From the NCBI GenBank assembly GCA_963665775.2, contig CAXXTF010000002.1, forward strand, positions 1,408,001 through 1,472,000: DNA of 64,000 nt, given 5' to 3'. The notes beneath the pieces were generated by a model. It ran no database searches, had not been told where the DNA came from, and saw only the letters and a program-made list of their open reading frames with translations. Below are positions 13,155 through 22,275 of the stretch, piece by piece (the stretch's first letter is position 1; each line of letters starts with the position of its first letter). Both the position numbers and the translations under genes were made by a program. Source of the DNA: Dehalococcoidia bacterium. Its GTDB lineage: Bacteria; Chloroflexota; Dehalococcoidia; SM23-28-2; RBG-16-64-32.

Positions 13155-13364
13155 CTACGCCTTGCCTGAGAGGCCGGTGCCAGCGCCGGGAGTGATCAGG
13201 AAGGCTGGCGGCTTTAGGGATTCGCTGGCGGTCTGTGGCTTCAGCTCGTCGTCGTCCTCCGCGGTGAAGCCACAATCCTCGCACATGTAGTATTCTCCCC
13301 ACATGTCCCAGGAGATCCCCAGAGGCTGGCTACAGCAGGGGCAGCGCTGGGGCGTTGGCTGCAT
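13155..13364 (-). CDS. Small zinc-ribbon protein (69 aa) downstream of c-di-AMP riboswitch 1
   Basis: CPCC-x16-CEDCG; strong SD AGGAGGTG upstream. Confidence 0.8.
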   Translation of the reverse strand: MQPTPQRCPCCSQPLGISWDMWGEYYMCEDCGFTAEDDDELKPQTASESLKPPAFLITPGAGTGLSGKA

Positions 13365-13391
13365 CTTGCCTCACCTCCTGTTAGCGCGACC

Positions 13392-13430
13392 AAAAAATAT
13401 AGCGGGCCGGAGGGCATAGCCCCGGCCCGA
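13392..13430 (-). terminator. Intrinsic terminator, expression platform of riboswitch 1
   Basis: Minus strand CGGGCCGG-ggctatgccct-CCGGCCCG then CTATATTTTTT. Confidence 0.75.
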
Positions 13431-13450
13431 TGGCTGCTATGACCTCTTTC

Positions 13451-13583
13451 AGCGGCCTGCGAGGTTAGCTGTCGGGTTAGGGCTGAAAGAGCTGCCCTTT
13501 CGCCGCCGGCGAATTCACCCCAGTCGGTCGGGTCCCCCGCTCTCCGCTCTGGCTATCTGGCCAGGCGGCAGATTCGGCCTAGC
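13451..13583 (-). ncRNA. c-di-AMP riboswitch (ydaO/yuaA class), copy 1
   Basis: Minus strand GGCCGAATC...GCGGGGGACCC...GGGGTGAAT...AGGG...CCCTAACCCGACAGCTAACCTCGCAGGCC matches the ydaO/yuaA consensus blocks in order. Confidence 0.9.
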
Positions 13584-13603
13584 TTGGTCGCGAACTCGAA
13601 TAC

Positions 13604-13632
13604 ACAATAGAAGGCGATCCAGGATTTGTCAA
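13604..13632 (-). promoter_or_regulatory. Sigma70 promoter for the riboswitch 1 transcript
   Basis: TTGACA-17 nt-TATTGT. Confidence 0.7.
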
Positions 13633-13774
13633 CGCGAATCGCCGTTCGGCTGTTAGAGTCGGCTGCCGCGGCGCCCCTCTGAAAGCTCACACCGCCGTGA
13701 CTCTTTCCTCTTATCGAGATGTAGCTGGCATTTGCCTGTAACGGCTGGGCTGCCGGCGCGTCTCTACAATTGGC

Positions 13775-14572
13775 ATGACCACACGAAGCTTGTCTAGAGG
13801 GAGATCGTCTGCCCAACTCCAGGAGCTGAGCAGCAATGTGGGAGCCAAGGCTGCCCTTGCCCTAGCCGACGCCGAACTGTGGTCGCCGGCCCTGGAGGCC
13901 TCTCTTCAGGACCTCGGCTTCAGCGTCTCCTTCGCCTTCGAGCTTCACGAGCTGTTTGAGGCCTCTCGCACCGAGACCGCTACCCTGCTGATCTTGGCCA
14001 AACGCAACCCTCGCTTCGTGGTACAGGCCTGCCGCGCTATGCGAGGCCTTCAGGACGTGCCTATCTTCGTCATCATGCCTGAGGAGAGCGATCTCATTCC
14101 TGTGCTGGACGCTGGCGCTGACGATGCCGTCGTCGCCCGTGTGGACCCCGGCGTCTTCGCCGCCCGCGCCCGCGCCCTCCTCCGGCGGGTCCACCGCTCC
14201 ACCCGCGGCAGTGTTATCGCCATCCGCGATCTGGAGATCGATCTGGACACCTGCCAAGTCACTATGGGGGGCCGCATCATTGCCCTCACTCCCACTGAGT
14301 TTCGCCTTCTGGCCATTCTGATCCAGAGCGCCGGCCGCGTTCTGGATGCCCGTACCCTCCTTTCCGCCGTTCATGAACACGACTACAGTGATCGTGACGC
14401 TCAGAGCCTGGTTAAGGTTCACATCGCCAACATCCGCCGCAAGCTGAACGACTCCCACACAGACAGTCCCTACATCCTTTGCGTCCGCGGCTTCGGCTAC
14501 ATGTTGGAGCGCCGCTTCGAGCCTCGGGAAGGCGATCCCCTGGCTCCTCTCATCAAGACCGGTGCCTCCTAG
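13775..14572 (+). CDS. Orphan OmpR/PhoB-family regulator with atypical receiver domain
   Basis: LDAGADD, LTPTEFRLL, VKVHIANIRRKL, VRGFGY; phospho-acceptor Asp and conserved Lys not evident; start may be ATG 13836. Confidence 0.88.
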   Translation: MTTRSLSRGRSSAQLQELSSNVGAKAALALADAELWSPALEASLQDLGFSVSFAFELHELFEASRTETATLLILAKRNPRFVVQACRAMRGLQDVPIFVIMPEESDLIPVLDAGADDAVVARVDPGVFAARARALLRRVHRSTRGSVIAIRDLEIDLDTCQVTMGGRIIALTPTEFRLLAILIQSAGRVLDARTLLSAVHEHDYSDRDAQSLVKVHIANIRRKLNDSHTDSPYILCVRGFGYMLERRFEPREGDPLAPLIKTGAS

Positions 14573-14721
14573 AGTCCCTGGGCCGTAGCAACCCCCCGTT
14601 TCCCAATCTGAGCCCTGAGCGGCTGGCACCGTTGGCGTTTGACCGCAATTATCGCTCTGTAATGATTGGCTGTCTGAATCGTCATAGCAGATAGGCTATC
14701 TAGATAAGGGAGGGAGAACAG

Positions 14722-15696
14722 ATGTGGGAACGGTTTGGGATACCACTAAAGTTGGTCCGCAAGTTGTTGAGAGATAAGAGCGGCCGGCTGTTCGTCGGCC
14801 TCGCCGTGGTCCTGGGCGTTATCGGACTCACACTTACATTTTTGGCGGTGCCTGGCTATAACGTTGAGGCTGATGGTCAGGGTAGTCCAGCGGCCTGCAA
14901 AAGTCCGAATGCAGACGTCACTAGCATTGAGGGCGACCCTGTCGCTCAATATGACGCCAGCCCTAATACCGTAACGGGTGTCTGTATCAAGTCAGGCTCT
15001 AACATGTTCGGAAGCAACCAACACAGTGGCTTAATAGAGGTAGATGGAAATTACGGTGGCCCCGCCCCGGGCAGCGATTGCTACACGGTTGCCGGCATTG
15101 GAACTACGATTGTCACTGTCACCAGAACCGCTTTAAGTCCTAGCTGCCAAGTACTAGGTCACATAGACGTCATCATCGATCCGGCGACAGCGTCGCCGAG
15201 TCCGTCGCCCTCGCCGACCCCAACACCGACCCCAACGCCAACGCCAACGGGGACGCCGACCGCAACGCCGGCGGAGACGGGGACGCCGACCGGGACGCCG
15301 ACCGCGACGCCGACCGGGACGGGGACGCCGACCCCAACACCGACCGCGACACCGACCGCGACGCCAACGGGGACGCCGGCGGAGACGGGGACGCCGACGC
15401 CGACCCCGACACCGACCGCGATACCGACCGCAACGCCGGCGGAGACGGGGACGCCGACGCCGACCCCAACACCGACCGGGACGCCGGCGGGTTCAGCCGA
15501 GACGCCTGAACCCACGCCCACGCCTGGTGAACTGCCGAATGGCGGCGGCCCTCCTCCCGCGGCCACGGGCGGAAGCGATTCCTGGCTGGCGCTGCTGCTC
15601 TTGGCCGGCGGTATTGCGCTGGTGATAGGCGGAGCGAGCCCCATAGTTGGCCTTATAGCCGCCTATAGACGATCACCCAATCGGCGCCGCATGTAG
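14722..15696 (+). CDS. Secreted surface protein with long Pro/Thr linker and LPxTG-like sorting signal
   Basis: Signal/TM segment, small Cys-containing domain, (TP)n repeats, LPNGG, hydrophobic helix and basic tail RRSPNRRR. Confidence 0.75.
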   Translation: MWERFGIPLKLVRKLLRDKSGRLFVGLAVVLGVIGLTLTFLAVPGYNVEADGQGSPAACKSPNADVTSIEGDPVAQYDASPNTVTGVCIKSGSNMFGSNQHSGLIEVDGNYGGPAPGSDCYTVAGIGTTIVTVTRTALSPSCQVLGHIDVIIDPATASPSPSPSPTPTPTPTPTPTGTPTATPAETGTPTGTPTATPTGTGTPTPTPTATPTATPTGTPAETGTPTPTPTPTAIPTATPAETGTPTPTPTPTGTPAGSAETPEPTPTPGELPNGGGPPPAATGGSDSWLALLLLAGGIALVIGGASPIVGLIAAYRRSPNRRRM

Positions 15697-15855
15697 ACCA
15701 CCTGGCGCCCTTTGCAGTTGACCGCAAAGGTATAGCTCCAGGCGGTTGCTACTATCGACTCCACGCCGGTGGTCACTAGAATAGCGGCAGCTAGTCGGCG
15801 AGGGCCGATAGCGATTTGCGGTGAGTCAGGAAAACAGATACGATTTCAGCGGGGA

Positions 15856-15930
15856 GGGCCTGTAGCTCAGCGGTAGAGCTCCGGACTTTTAATCCGGGAG
15901 TCGTGGGTTCGAATCCCACCGGGCCCTCCA
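15856..15930 (+). tRNA. tRNA-Lys(UUU)
   Basis: Acceptor stem GGGCCTG/CGGGCCC, D arm GCTC/GAGC, anticodon arm CCGGA-CTTTTAA-TCCGG, GTTCGAATC T loop, encoded CCA. Confidence 0.95.
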
Positions 15931-16305
15931 CACTTAGATGTAAAGAGCCGGCCGGCGCGAATCTGGTATCTGGCCTCTAGACTCCCGGAGTGGATATCCG
16001 GGACTCTATGTGAGGTACTCTTGGTTTTTCGCATTCTTCTCCTTTGAAGCTATGGAACCTAGATGGTGTACGGGACGTCGAAATTCAGATGGGGCGTAGC
16101 GGGGTGCATTGACAGCTCAAGGGAACAGGAGTGAGATGTCGCCGAAGGGGAGGCTGTCGATCATGGCCTCGGGAGAGAGCCCACCCCGCCCCGAGGCGAA
16201 AACTCTCGGACGGGTCGTGTCATGCGGTCGGTAGCAGACATGACAACCTGGATCGAGGAGCTGAAGCGGAGTGAGTACGAAGCGCCAACATAGCTGGGAT
16301 AGATA

Positions 16306-17082
16306 ATGAAACGCGGCTTTGTCCTGGCCATCATCGCGGGAGCGATACTGGCGGTGACCGCCATCGCGTGTGGGGGCGGAGATGGAGACGATGCTGCCGC
16401 AAGCCCGACATCTACTCCGACGCCAGCTGCGACAGGCGAGGCAACTTCGACTCCAGCGCGTACCGCTACGCCAGCACCGACCCCGTCTCAGACGCCAGAT
16501 TCGCAGGACGCTCAGACGGATATTCGAGCGGAGGATCAGGCCCTGGCTGACAGCGTAGTACTGAAATTATCGGATTTTGCGACTGGTTGACGGGCCGATG
16601 AGAGCGACGATGAAGACGACGATGAGAATGGGTGTGGTCAGCCGGATTACTCTGCCCTGACGATTACTGGAAGGGCGGACTCGCCGACCTTCACGCGGGG
16701 TTCGGTGGCAAGTGTCTCTTCCACCGCAGTGGTTTACACATCGCAAGATGATGCGATTAGCGCCTATCAATTGTTTGAAGGGGCCGTTAATCAGGAAATA
16801 GGCGATTGCTTGGCCGAAACACTCGAAGACACGGACGGGATAAAGGTAATCGACATCTCGGCTGGAAGGTTGTCATTTCCCAGTTTTGGTGATCGCTCGG
16901 CTGCCTATCAGATTGCGATCGAATATGAATCCGAAGGGCTGACGCCAACATTCTATGTTGACATAGTAGTTCTTCAAGACGGCCGCGCACTTGCCGCCCT
17001 GATCTATTTAGACCTCCTTACCCCTTTTTCCGACTCAGAGAAGGAACGCCTAACCGAGATAGTCGCGGGCCGCATGCAATAA
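16306..17082 (+). pseudogene. Pro/Thr-linker lipoprotein interrupted by an in-frame TGA at 16588-16590
   Basis: Lipobox AIAC; frame continues LSDFATG*RADESDDED into ORF 16705-17082. Confidence 0.75.
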
Positions 17083-17086
17083 CGAC

Positions 17087-17854
17087 ATGAACTACCTTGG
17101 ACGATCGAGGATCTCAAGCATGGGGAGTATGAAGAGGCGCCATATCAGGCATAGAGGGAAGCCATGCAGCATTGCCCCGGTCCTCATCGGGGGAGCGATA
17201 TTGGCCCTGTCCGCCATCGCTTGCGGAGGCGAAGGCGGGGGAGGTGCCACTGCAAGCCCAACGGATAGTCCAGCCCCAACAGCCCAGGTAACCGCGACCG
17301 CGGCGCCCACTGCTTCCCCAACATCGACGCCCAGCCCGACACCTACCCAAACGCCAGTCCCGACTCCCTCACCCACGCCGACTCCTACCCCAGCGCCAGA
17401 TGGCAGCTCTAGGGCCAAAGCTGTTGCTGCCGGCGGAACTCTAATCCGGCCGGATGGCTATGAGATCCGAGTGCTCGAGTCGAATTGGGACGCTTGGCCC
17501 CTGGTGCTTGCGGAGAACCAGTTCAATGATCCACCGGCCGAAGGCAATCGCATGGTACTAGTGAGAGTACGCGTTTCCGTAGGGGTGGAAGCACTCGATG
17601 ACGACGAAGATACCATCATGGTTCGAGACTCCGATTTTTCCCTTGTCGGCTCCAACAATGAGGTTTATACGCCGTTCTTTAATTACTGCGGCGTGATACC
17701 CGATGAGCTAAGGGGCGAACTGTTCCCGCCGGCTGGTGCTGAAGGCAACGTTTGCTTTGAGGTTCCAGCCGACGAGACTGACTTCATCCTGATTCATGAG
17801 CCATTCTTAGAGTTCTTCGCCGATCGATGGTACTTGGAATTGGGAAGCCCATGA
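17087..17854 (+). CDS. Lipoprotein with Pro/Thr linker and DUF4352-like beta-sandwich
   Basis: AIAC lipobox; ENQFNDPPAEG, DFSLVGS, GELFP..GAEGNVCFEVP; start may be 17129. Confidence 0.7.
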   Translation: MNYLGRSRISSMGSMKRRHIRHRGKPCSIAPVLIGGAILALSAIACGGEGGGGATASPTDSPAPTAQVTATAAPTASPTSTPSPTPTQTPVPTPSPTPTPTPAPDGSSRAKAVAAGGTLIRPDGYEIRVLESNWDAWPLVLAENQFNDPPAEGNRMVLVRVRVSVGVEALDDDEDTIMVRDSDFSLVGSNNEVYTPFFNYCGVIPDELRGELFPPAGAEGNVCFEVPADETDFILIHEPFLEFFADRWYLELGSP

Positions 17855-18094
17855 TGGCCCCCTTGTGGACAGCGCATAACTGCACGCAAGAAGTGGGGGT
17901 CCAGGAGGGTCAGGGCCGGCCATCGCTATCTCGGCACCTCCCTGGCGAGGAGGGAGAAGATGAGCGGTGTAAGGCGGCGTTTGCCACCGATGTACGCCGG
18001 GAGCGCTTTGAAGAGTTTGTGCATTCCGATTATCATTAGTCTCAAAAGGGAACATCCTATGTGTCTCGAAGTACTTAGAGAGGGAGTCAGGGCC

Positions 18095-18628
18095 ATGGCG
18101 CGGTGGCAAGTCCGCCTCGCGGACTCAGCCTATGAAGATGTGATAAACGGTAAGATTGAAAAGGCTGAGGCTTGGGCTGCTACGGAGGCGGAGACAACTC
18201 CCAACTTCGGCGGCTACTGGGACACCCTGCATTCCGAATCTGGCAAAACTGGCCCGCACGAGTGGAACTTCTGGGTCGGGTACGTGGCAACTGGTAATCG
18301 GGAAGCTGAACAACTCACTCCCCAGTGGGACTTCAGTCGCCTGGACGATCGCCACGTGCCCTCTGTCCGTGTCGAGTGCAATAGTCTGAGCTATGCGGAC
18401 GAGACATTTCTTCGGTTCGCAGATGATCTAAAGGCCGATTCTGAATCCGGCGCGCTTGTCGTGGAATCGACAGGCATCCCACTTGCATGCTTCCTGCGGA
18501 AACCGAGTCTTAAGGAAAAGCGTGTCTTGGGACGATACGTTCGGCCGACGATAATAGTAGGTAGGGAGACGGACGGCCACGAAGTTCTCGCGCAGATCAG
18601 TGCGTCAACCCCCTTCAGATACGGATGA
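18095..18628 (+). CDS. Hypothetical protein, 3' end probably clipped by an IS end
   Basis: SD GGGAG before ATG 18095; stop codon lies inside the IS right-end motif. Confidence 0.5.
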   Translation: MARWQVRLADSAYEDVINGKIEKAEAWAATEAETTPNFGGYWDTLHSESGKTGPHEWNFWVGYVATGNREAEQLTPQWDFSRLDDRHVPSVRVECNSLSYADETFLRFADDLKADSESGALVVESTGIPLACFLRKPSLKEKRVLGRYVRPTIIVGRETDGHEVLAQISASTPFRYG

Positions 18629-18644
18629 CATTTTGCCCCCTACA
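18614..18644 (+). repeat. Isolated IS right end, identical to 20035-20065
   Basis: TTCAGATACGGATGACATTTTGCCCCCTACA occurs at both sites. Confidence 0.8.
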
Positions 18645-18788
18645 ATTCTAGTCAGCCATGAGGTCCTTCGGCACCCGAATCTGACCCGCCGTCTTGCGAA
18701 TCGAAAGCATGAGCGGTCCTCCCAGGAGGGCGCCAGCGGGTGTGCGACGGGCGACCTGAGCGATCAACCTACGAGACGTGAAGAATGG

Positions 18789-19682
18789 ATGGGATCCTTG
18801 AGACGGTTCCTGAACAGACCTAGACTCGTACGTCGAAGATGGCTGGTGCCGGGCCTCGGCGTGAGTCTGGCAACCCTCCTCGTGGCGGCCGCCTGCGGCG
18901 GCGATAGCGATGACGAAGCCGACAGCACACCATCGCCACAGGCGACGTCTCCGTCGCAGGCTACGCCTGACGGAGGCAACGGCGATGAAAGTCCCAGTGG
19001 CGGCGAGACACCCGGCGGCGAATCGCCGGGCACGGATGTCAGCAGCGGTGAGCCAAGGCCCGTAATGACGGCCCCAGCCGTGCAATCGTCTTCTTCGCCG
19101 GCGCCGTCCAGTGTCACCTTCATCTGCACGCTCGTGATCGGTTTCAGCCAGACACGACAATGGTACGAACCGGCCGGCGCCTTCGAGTCCAACGTCGGAA
19201 CAGACCATTGGCAACTACTCTGGGCTGGGGGAGCGGGAGTAGACAGGTGGAGGAACGCTAATTACGAAGGCTGGGCGAGAGAGGTCGCTTCGCCATGCTC
19301 TCAGAATAAGGACTCGCCCGACCGTGTAATTCTAACCATTAGCGGCCCATATGGATCGAACGAGGAAGCTTGGGCACAGGCTATTAGCGAAACGGCGGCA
19401 CTTGTAAGAACGAATTTCCCGTCCGTTCTCCAGATAATCCTTCAGTCCATCGTCGGCGGCCCTGACCACATGGACTGCCCAATTCCTGGTGGGCAGCGGG
19501 TTCGCGCCTCGTGGCAGCATGCTCATATCGACAATGCGATTCTTGCTGTCGTTGACGGAGACATGATCGCAGGCTCTTCGCCCGAAGTTCGAAGCTGCGA
19601 TGACTATGCGGACGAAATCGGGCATCTTACACCCGAGGGCGCGGTTGCGGCTGGCCACGCAATTGCGGAGTTTTACCGGTAA
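18789..19682 (+). CDS. Lipoprotein with low-complexity linker and possible SGNH-like hydrolase domain
   Basis: Arg-rich N-terminus, lipobox AAAC, LVIGFSQT and terminal DEIGHLTPEG resemble SGNH blocks I and V. Confidence 0.6.
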   Translation: MGSLRRFLNRPRLVRRRWLVPGLGVSLATLLVAAACGGDSDDEADSTPSPQATSPSQATPDGGNGDESPSGGETPGGESPGTDVSSGEPRPVMTAPAVQSSSSPAPSSVTFICTLVIGFSQTRQWYEPAGAFESNVGTDHWQLLWAGGAGVDRWRNANYEGWAREVASPCSQNKDSPDRVILTISGPYGSNEEAWAQAISETAALVRTNFPSVLQIILQSIVGGPDHMDCPIPGGQRVRASWQHAHIDNAILAVVDGDMIAGSSPEVRSCDDYADEIGHLTPEGAVAAGHAIAEFYR

Positions 19683-19707
19683 GCAAGGAAGGCACTCATG
19701 CAAAAGT

Positions 19708-20542
19708 TGTGGGGGTGCAAAACTGATCCGCCAGCGTTCTGGGGTCACGCGGCCTGCCTTTCGTATTCGTAGAGCAGGCCGCCAAGCACAGGCCGGGCGA
19801 TGATCCGGCCGCCTGAAACCAGCGCAAGGTGGACAGCTCCGGAGGGCGGATCGAGCTCCAGCGCACGATGTGGCCACACGGCAGGCAGCGGGATGTACCC
19901 TAAGTGACTGTGGGAGGGCAATACTAAACCGGGCCACCTGCTCGGGCTAGCCGGCCGCTGGTCGGCCTGATCGTTGCCCGGCCGGTGCTGGGGGGATTAC
20001 ATCACGAGTACGAATGGCTGGCTGCTTGACCTGTTTCAGATACGGATGACATTTTGCCCCCCTACAGCAGTTCGCCTTGGATGCGGACGGCGCCCCAGCG
20101 GGGGTTGTCGCCAGCCAACCTCTGGATGAGATCTCTCACCTCCGCTGAGATTCGCGGCCGGCCGGGAGGGCGGCGGCTACGCCATGTCCAGTAGTGTCGC
20201 CAGGCCGTGCGATGCCAGCGCACAATGGTGTCGGGTTGGACTACGACAACGGCTGACCGCCAGCGCGACCAGCGGCGGGAGAGCCAGCACCAGAGCAGGC
20301 GGTCCGCCGGTTCAAGGCGCGGGCGCCGGGCCGAGCGCATCAGGATGGCGAGCTGATGGCGCAGGGCCAGGTTCTCAAGTTCGACGTCCTGCCACGCTCG
20401 CAAGGCGTTACGTATAGTGCCGATGAGCAGAGAGAGGTAGATATTCATTGGCCAGATCCTCCTTGTAGCGAACGCTACGCGAGAGCTGGCCTCCGATCCA
20501 CCATCCGCGTACTCAGATACGAATTAGTTTTGCACCCCCACA
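19708..20542 (-). mobile_element. Internally deleted DDE (rve, IS3/IS481-like) insertion sequence
   Basis: 17 bp perfect terminal IR TGTGGGGGTGCAAAACT; N-terminus ENLALRHQL...VQPDTIVRWHR...NPRWGAVRIQGEL; C-terminal remnants PHRALELDPP and PVLGGLLYEYERQAA*. Confidence 0.85.
19909..20065 (+). mobile_element. 157 bp miniature derivative nested in the IS remnant
   Basis: TGTGGGAGGGCAA left end, transposase tail PVLGGLHHEYEWLAA*, right end ...TTTTGCCCCCTACA. Confidence 0.7.
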
Positions 20543-20591
20543 GGTCGCTTTCCATATATAACGAGAGGACATCGCAAGGCACGGGCAGCCC

Positions 20592-20641
20592 CCGGACTTT
20601 TAATCCAGGAGTCGTGGGTTCGAATCCCACCGGGCCCTCCA
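20592..20641 (+). repeat. tRNA-Lys 3' duplicate (att site)
   Basis: 50 bp copy of the tRNA 3' part with one mismatch; 5' part absent. Confidence 0.9.
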
Positions 20642-20749
20642 TCACTTAGATGTAAAGGGCTGGCCCCCCGTGGTCCTTGCCAATGATGGCTGGACTCCCG
20701 GAGTTAGAAACTGGGATTCTGGGACCCGAATCCCATCAGGTACTATGAC

Positions 20750-20924
20750 TGTGGGGTGCCATTATTCCATCCGGTGCCTGAGCTGCCAACCACTGGACCT
20801 CCTGCTTGCCAGGCAGGGAATCTAGTTGGACACTCTCCGCAGGTGCTCCTGGCCATCTAAGACCCAGATCGCCTGGCTGGCCGATCCGAATCTCCAGATA
20901 CGGATGAGGTTTTGGCACCATACA
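20750..20924. mobile_element. 175 bp MITE-like element of the same IS family
   Basis: Imperfect IRs TGTGGGGTGCCA...CATCCG and CGGATG...TGGCACCATACA; contains CAGATACGGATG. Confidence 0.65.
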
Positions 20925-20960
20925 GTCGCTGTGGACAAGCAACCTAGGCACCAGGATCTG

Positions 20961-21006
20961 GCTCCCCCGCAGGGGGCTGTGGGCTCGATCCCCATCGCCC
21001 GCTCCA
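20961..21006 (+). repeat. Degenerate tRNA-Gly 3' fragment
   Basis: GTGGGCTCGATCCCCATCGCCCGCTCCA nearly identical to copies ending at 31932 and 51628. Confidence 0.75.
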
Positions 21007-21071
21007 AACCCGGGCGAGGAAGCGCCGGCTCGAACAAGGGTATGTGTAGGCGGCATTCATGTTTCGGCCCT

Positions 21072-21413
21072 TTATAGAGCCGCCTCTCCCTTCTCGTCGG
21101 TGCGTACGCTCATCACCTCGATCACATCACTGATGAATATTATGCCATCGCCTATTTCTCCGGTGCGGGCAGCACCTTTGATGACCTGGCACACTCTGTC
21201 GATGTCGGCATCTCGCACCACCAAGGTCAGCCTGGTCTTGGGCAGCATATCTATGACCACCTCCGCTCCAGTCCTGCCGGTGCGCACAATACCTCTCTCA
21301 GAGCCCCGGCCAACCACTGAGACTACGTTGAGCCCCGCGAAGCCTGCCTCGGCCAAGGCAGCCGTCACCGCCGTCACCTTCTCCACGCGGATGATTGCCT
21401 CTATCTTTTTCAT
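21072..21413 (-). CDS. glnB: P-II nitrogen regulatory protein
   Basis: MKKIEAIIR, GRG, DMLPK, ARTGEIGDG.IF; T-loop lacks the uridylylated Tyr. Confidence 0.9.
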   Translation of the reverse strand: MKKIEAIIRVEKVTAVTAALAEAGFAGLNVVSVVGRGSERGIVRTGRTGAEVVIDMLPKTRLTLVVRDADIDRVCQVIKGAARTGEIGDGIIFISDVIEVMSVRTDEKGEAAL

Positions 21414-21524
21414 CGGTCATCTCCTCTCTGATCTCTCTCTCTATCGTAATTCCGGCCCGCTACGATATGGGTTCGTGATGTACACGACTCAAATTGAACA
21501 GCGTAGTTTACATTGCGACTGAAA

Positions 21525-21896
21525 CTACTCCAACGCAGCGCGGGCCTTTTCCAGGTCATCGGCGCCGAAGGCGATCCGTGAGTGCGTGGCCTCGTAAATC
21601 AGCTGTATGTTGACCCCAGCATAGGCCATTCGTCGGGCGAGCTTTGCGATTTCACCAGGTCGATCCGGGACGTCTACGACCAACATCGCACGTTCGCCGC
21701 TAACCTGAAACCCAGCCCCTTCGAGGGCACGTCGCGCTCCCGCTGCGTCCTCCACTAAAATATGGTCGACGGCCCCCACCTCTACTGGGTATCCAAACAT
21801 CCCATCGATGTTGACGCCAGCGTTCCCCAGGGCTTCCAGGATGCCGGCAAGTGAGCCCGGTTGATCCGGCACGAGAAGCATAAGATCCGTAGCCAT
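21525..21896 (-). CDS. Tandem ACT-domain amino-acid-binding protein
   Basis: PDQPGSLA..L..LGNAGVNI and PDRPGEIA..A.AGVNI; SD GGAGG before ATG 21896. Confidence 0.85.
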   Translation of the reverse strand: MATDLMLLVPDQPGSLAGILEALGNAGVNIDGMFGYPVEVGAVDHILVEDAAGARRALEGAGFQVSGERAMLVVDVPDRPGEIAKLARRMAYAGVNIQLIYEATHSRIAFGADDLEKARAALE

Positions 21897-22205
21897 GATT
21901 TTCCTCCTTCGCGTAGTGACTAAACGTCTGCCGCACATTATACCGTGCCACTTAGCTGTGGGGTGGAGCGAGGCCCTAAACAGAGTCGTACACGATAGGA
22001 CTCCGGCTGAAGCACGAGCTAACGAGCGGCGGCCTAACTACGTTCGTGCCGCTGATGTTTCCTTCTTCACATTGAGAGGCAAACCCCCATCTGGTGGTCG
22101 TACTTTTTTACCCCTGCTTATTGTCTAGACCACGCGGGGACCACTGCCTGACCAGAACACGGTGGACGCGCCCTTGGTCTAGACTGGTGTGAAATATTGC
22201 CCATT

Positions 22206-22258
22206 TGTAGGGCGTTAGCCTGGCTCACTTAGATACGGATGAGCATTGAGCCCCCACA
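22206..22258. mobile_element. 53 bp fused IS-end remnant
   Basis: TGTAGGG...AGATACGGATGAGCATTGAGCCCCCACA. Confidence 0.5.
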
Positions 22259-22275
22259 CCGCTTTGTCAGGGGGA

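Noticed and set aside
15190-15525. Tandem repeats as CRISPR or VNTR element
   Set aside because: Codon-level repeats encoding a Pro/Thr linker; no repeat-spacer structure and no cas genes in the window
16588-16590. Selenocysteine at the in-frame TGA
   Set aside because: No redox motif or clear SECIS; context LSDFATG* better fits a mutated Trp codon
18614-22258. Recurring CAGATACGGATG motif as CRISPR repeat or integron attC
   Set aside because: Irregular spacing, both orientations, and repeatedly adjacent to transposase tails; explained as IS ends
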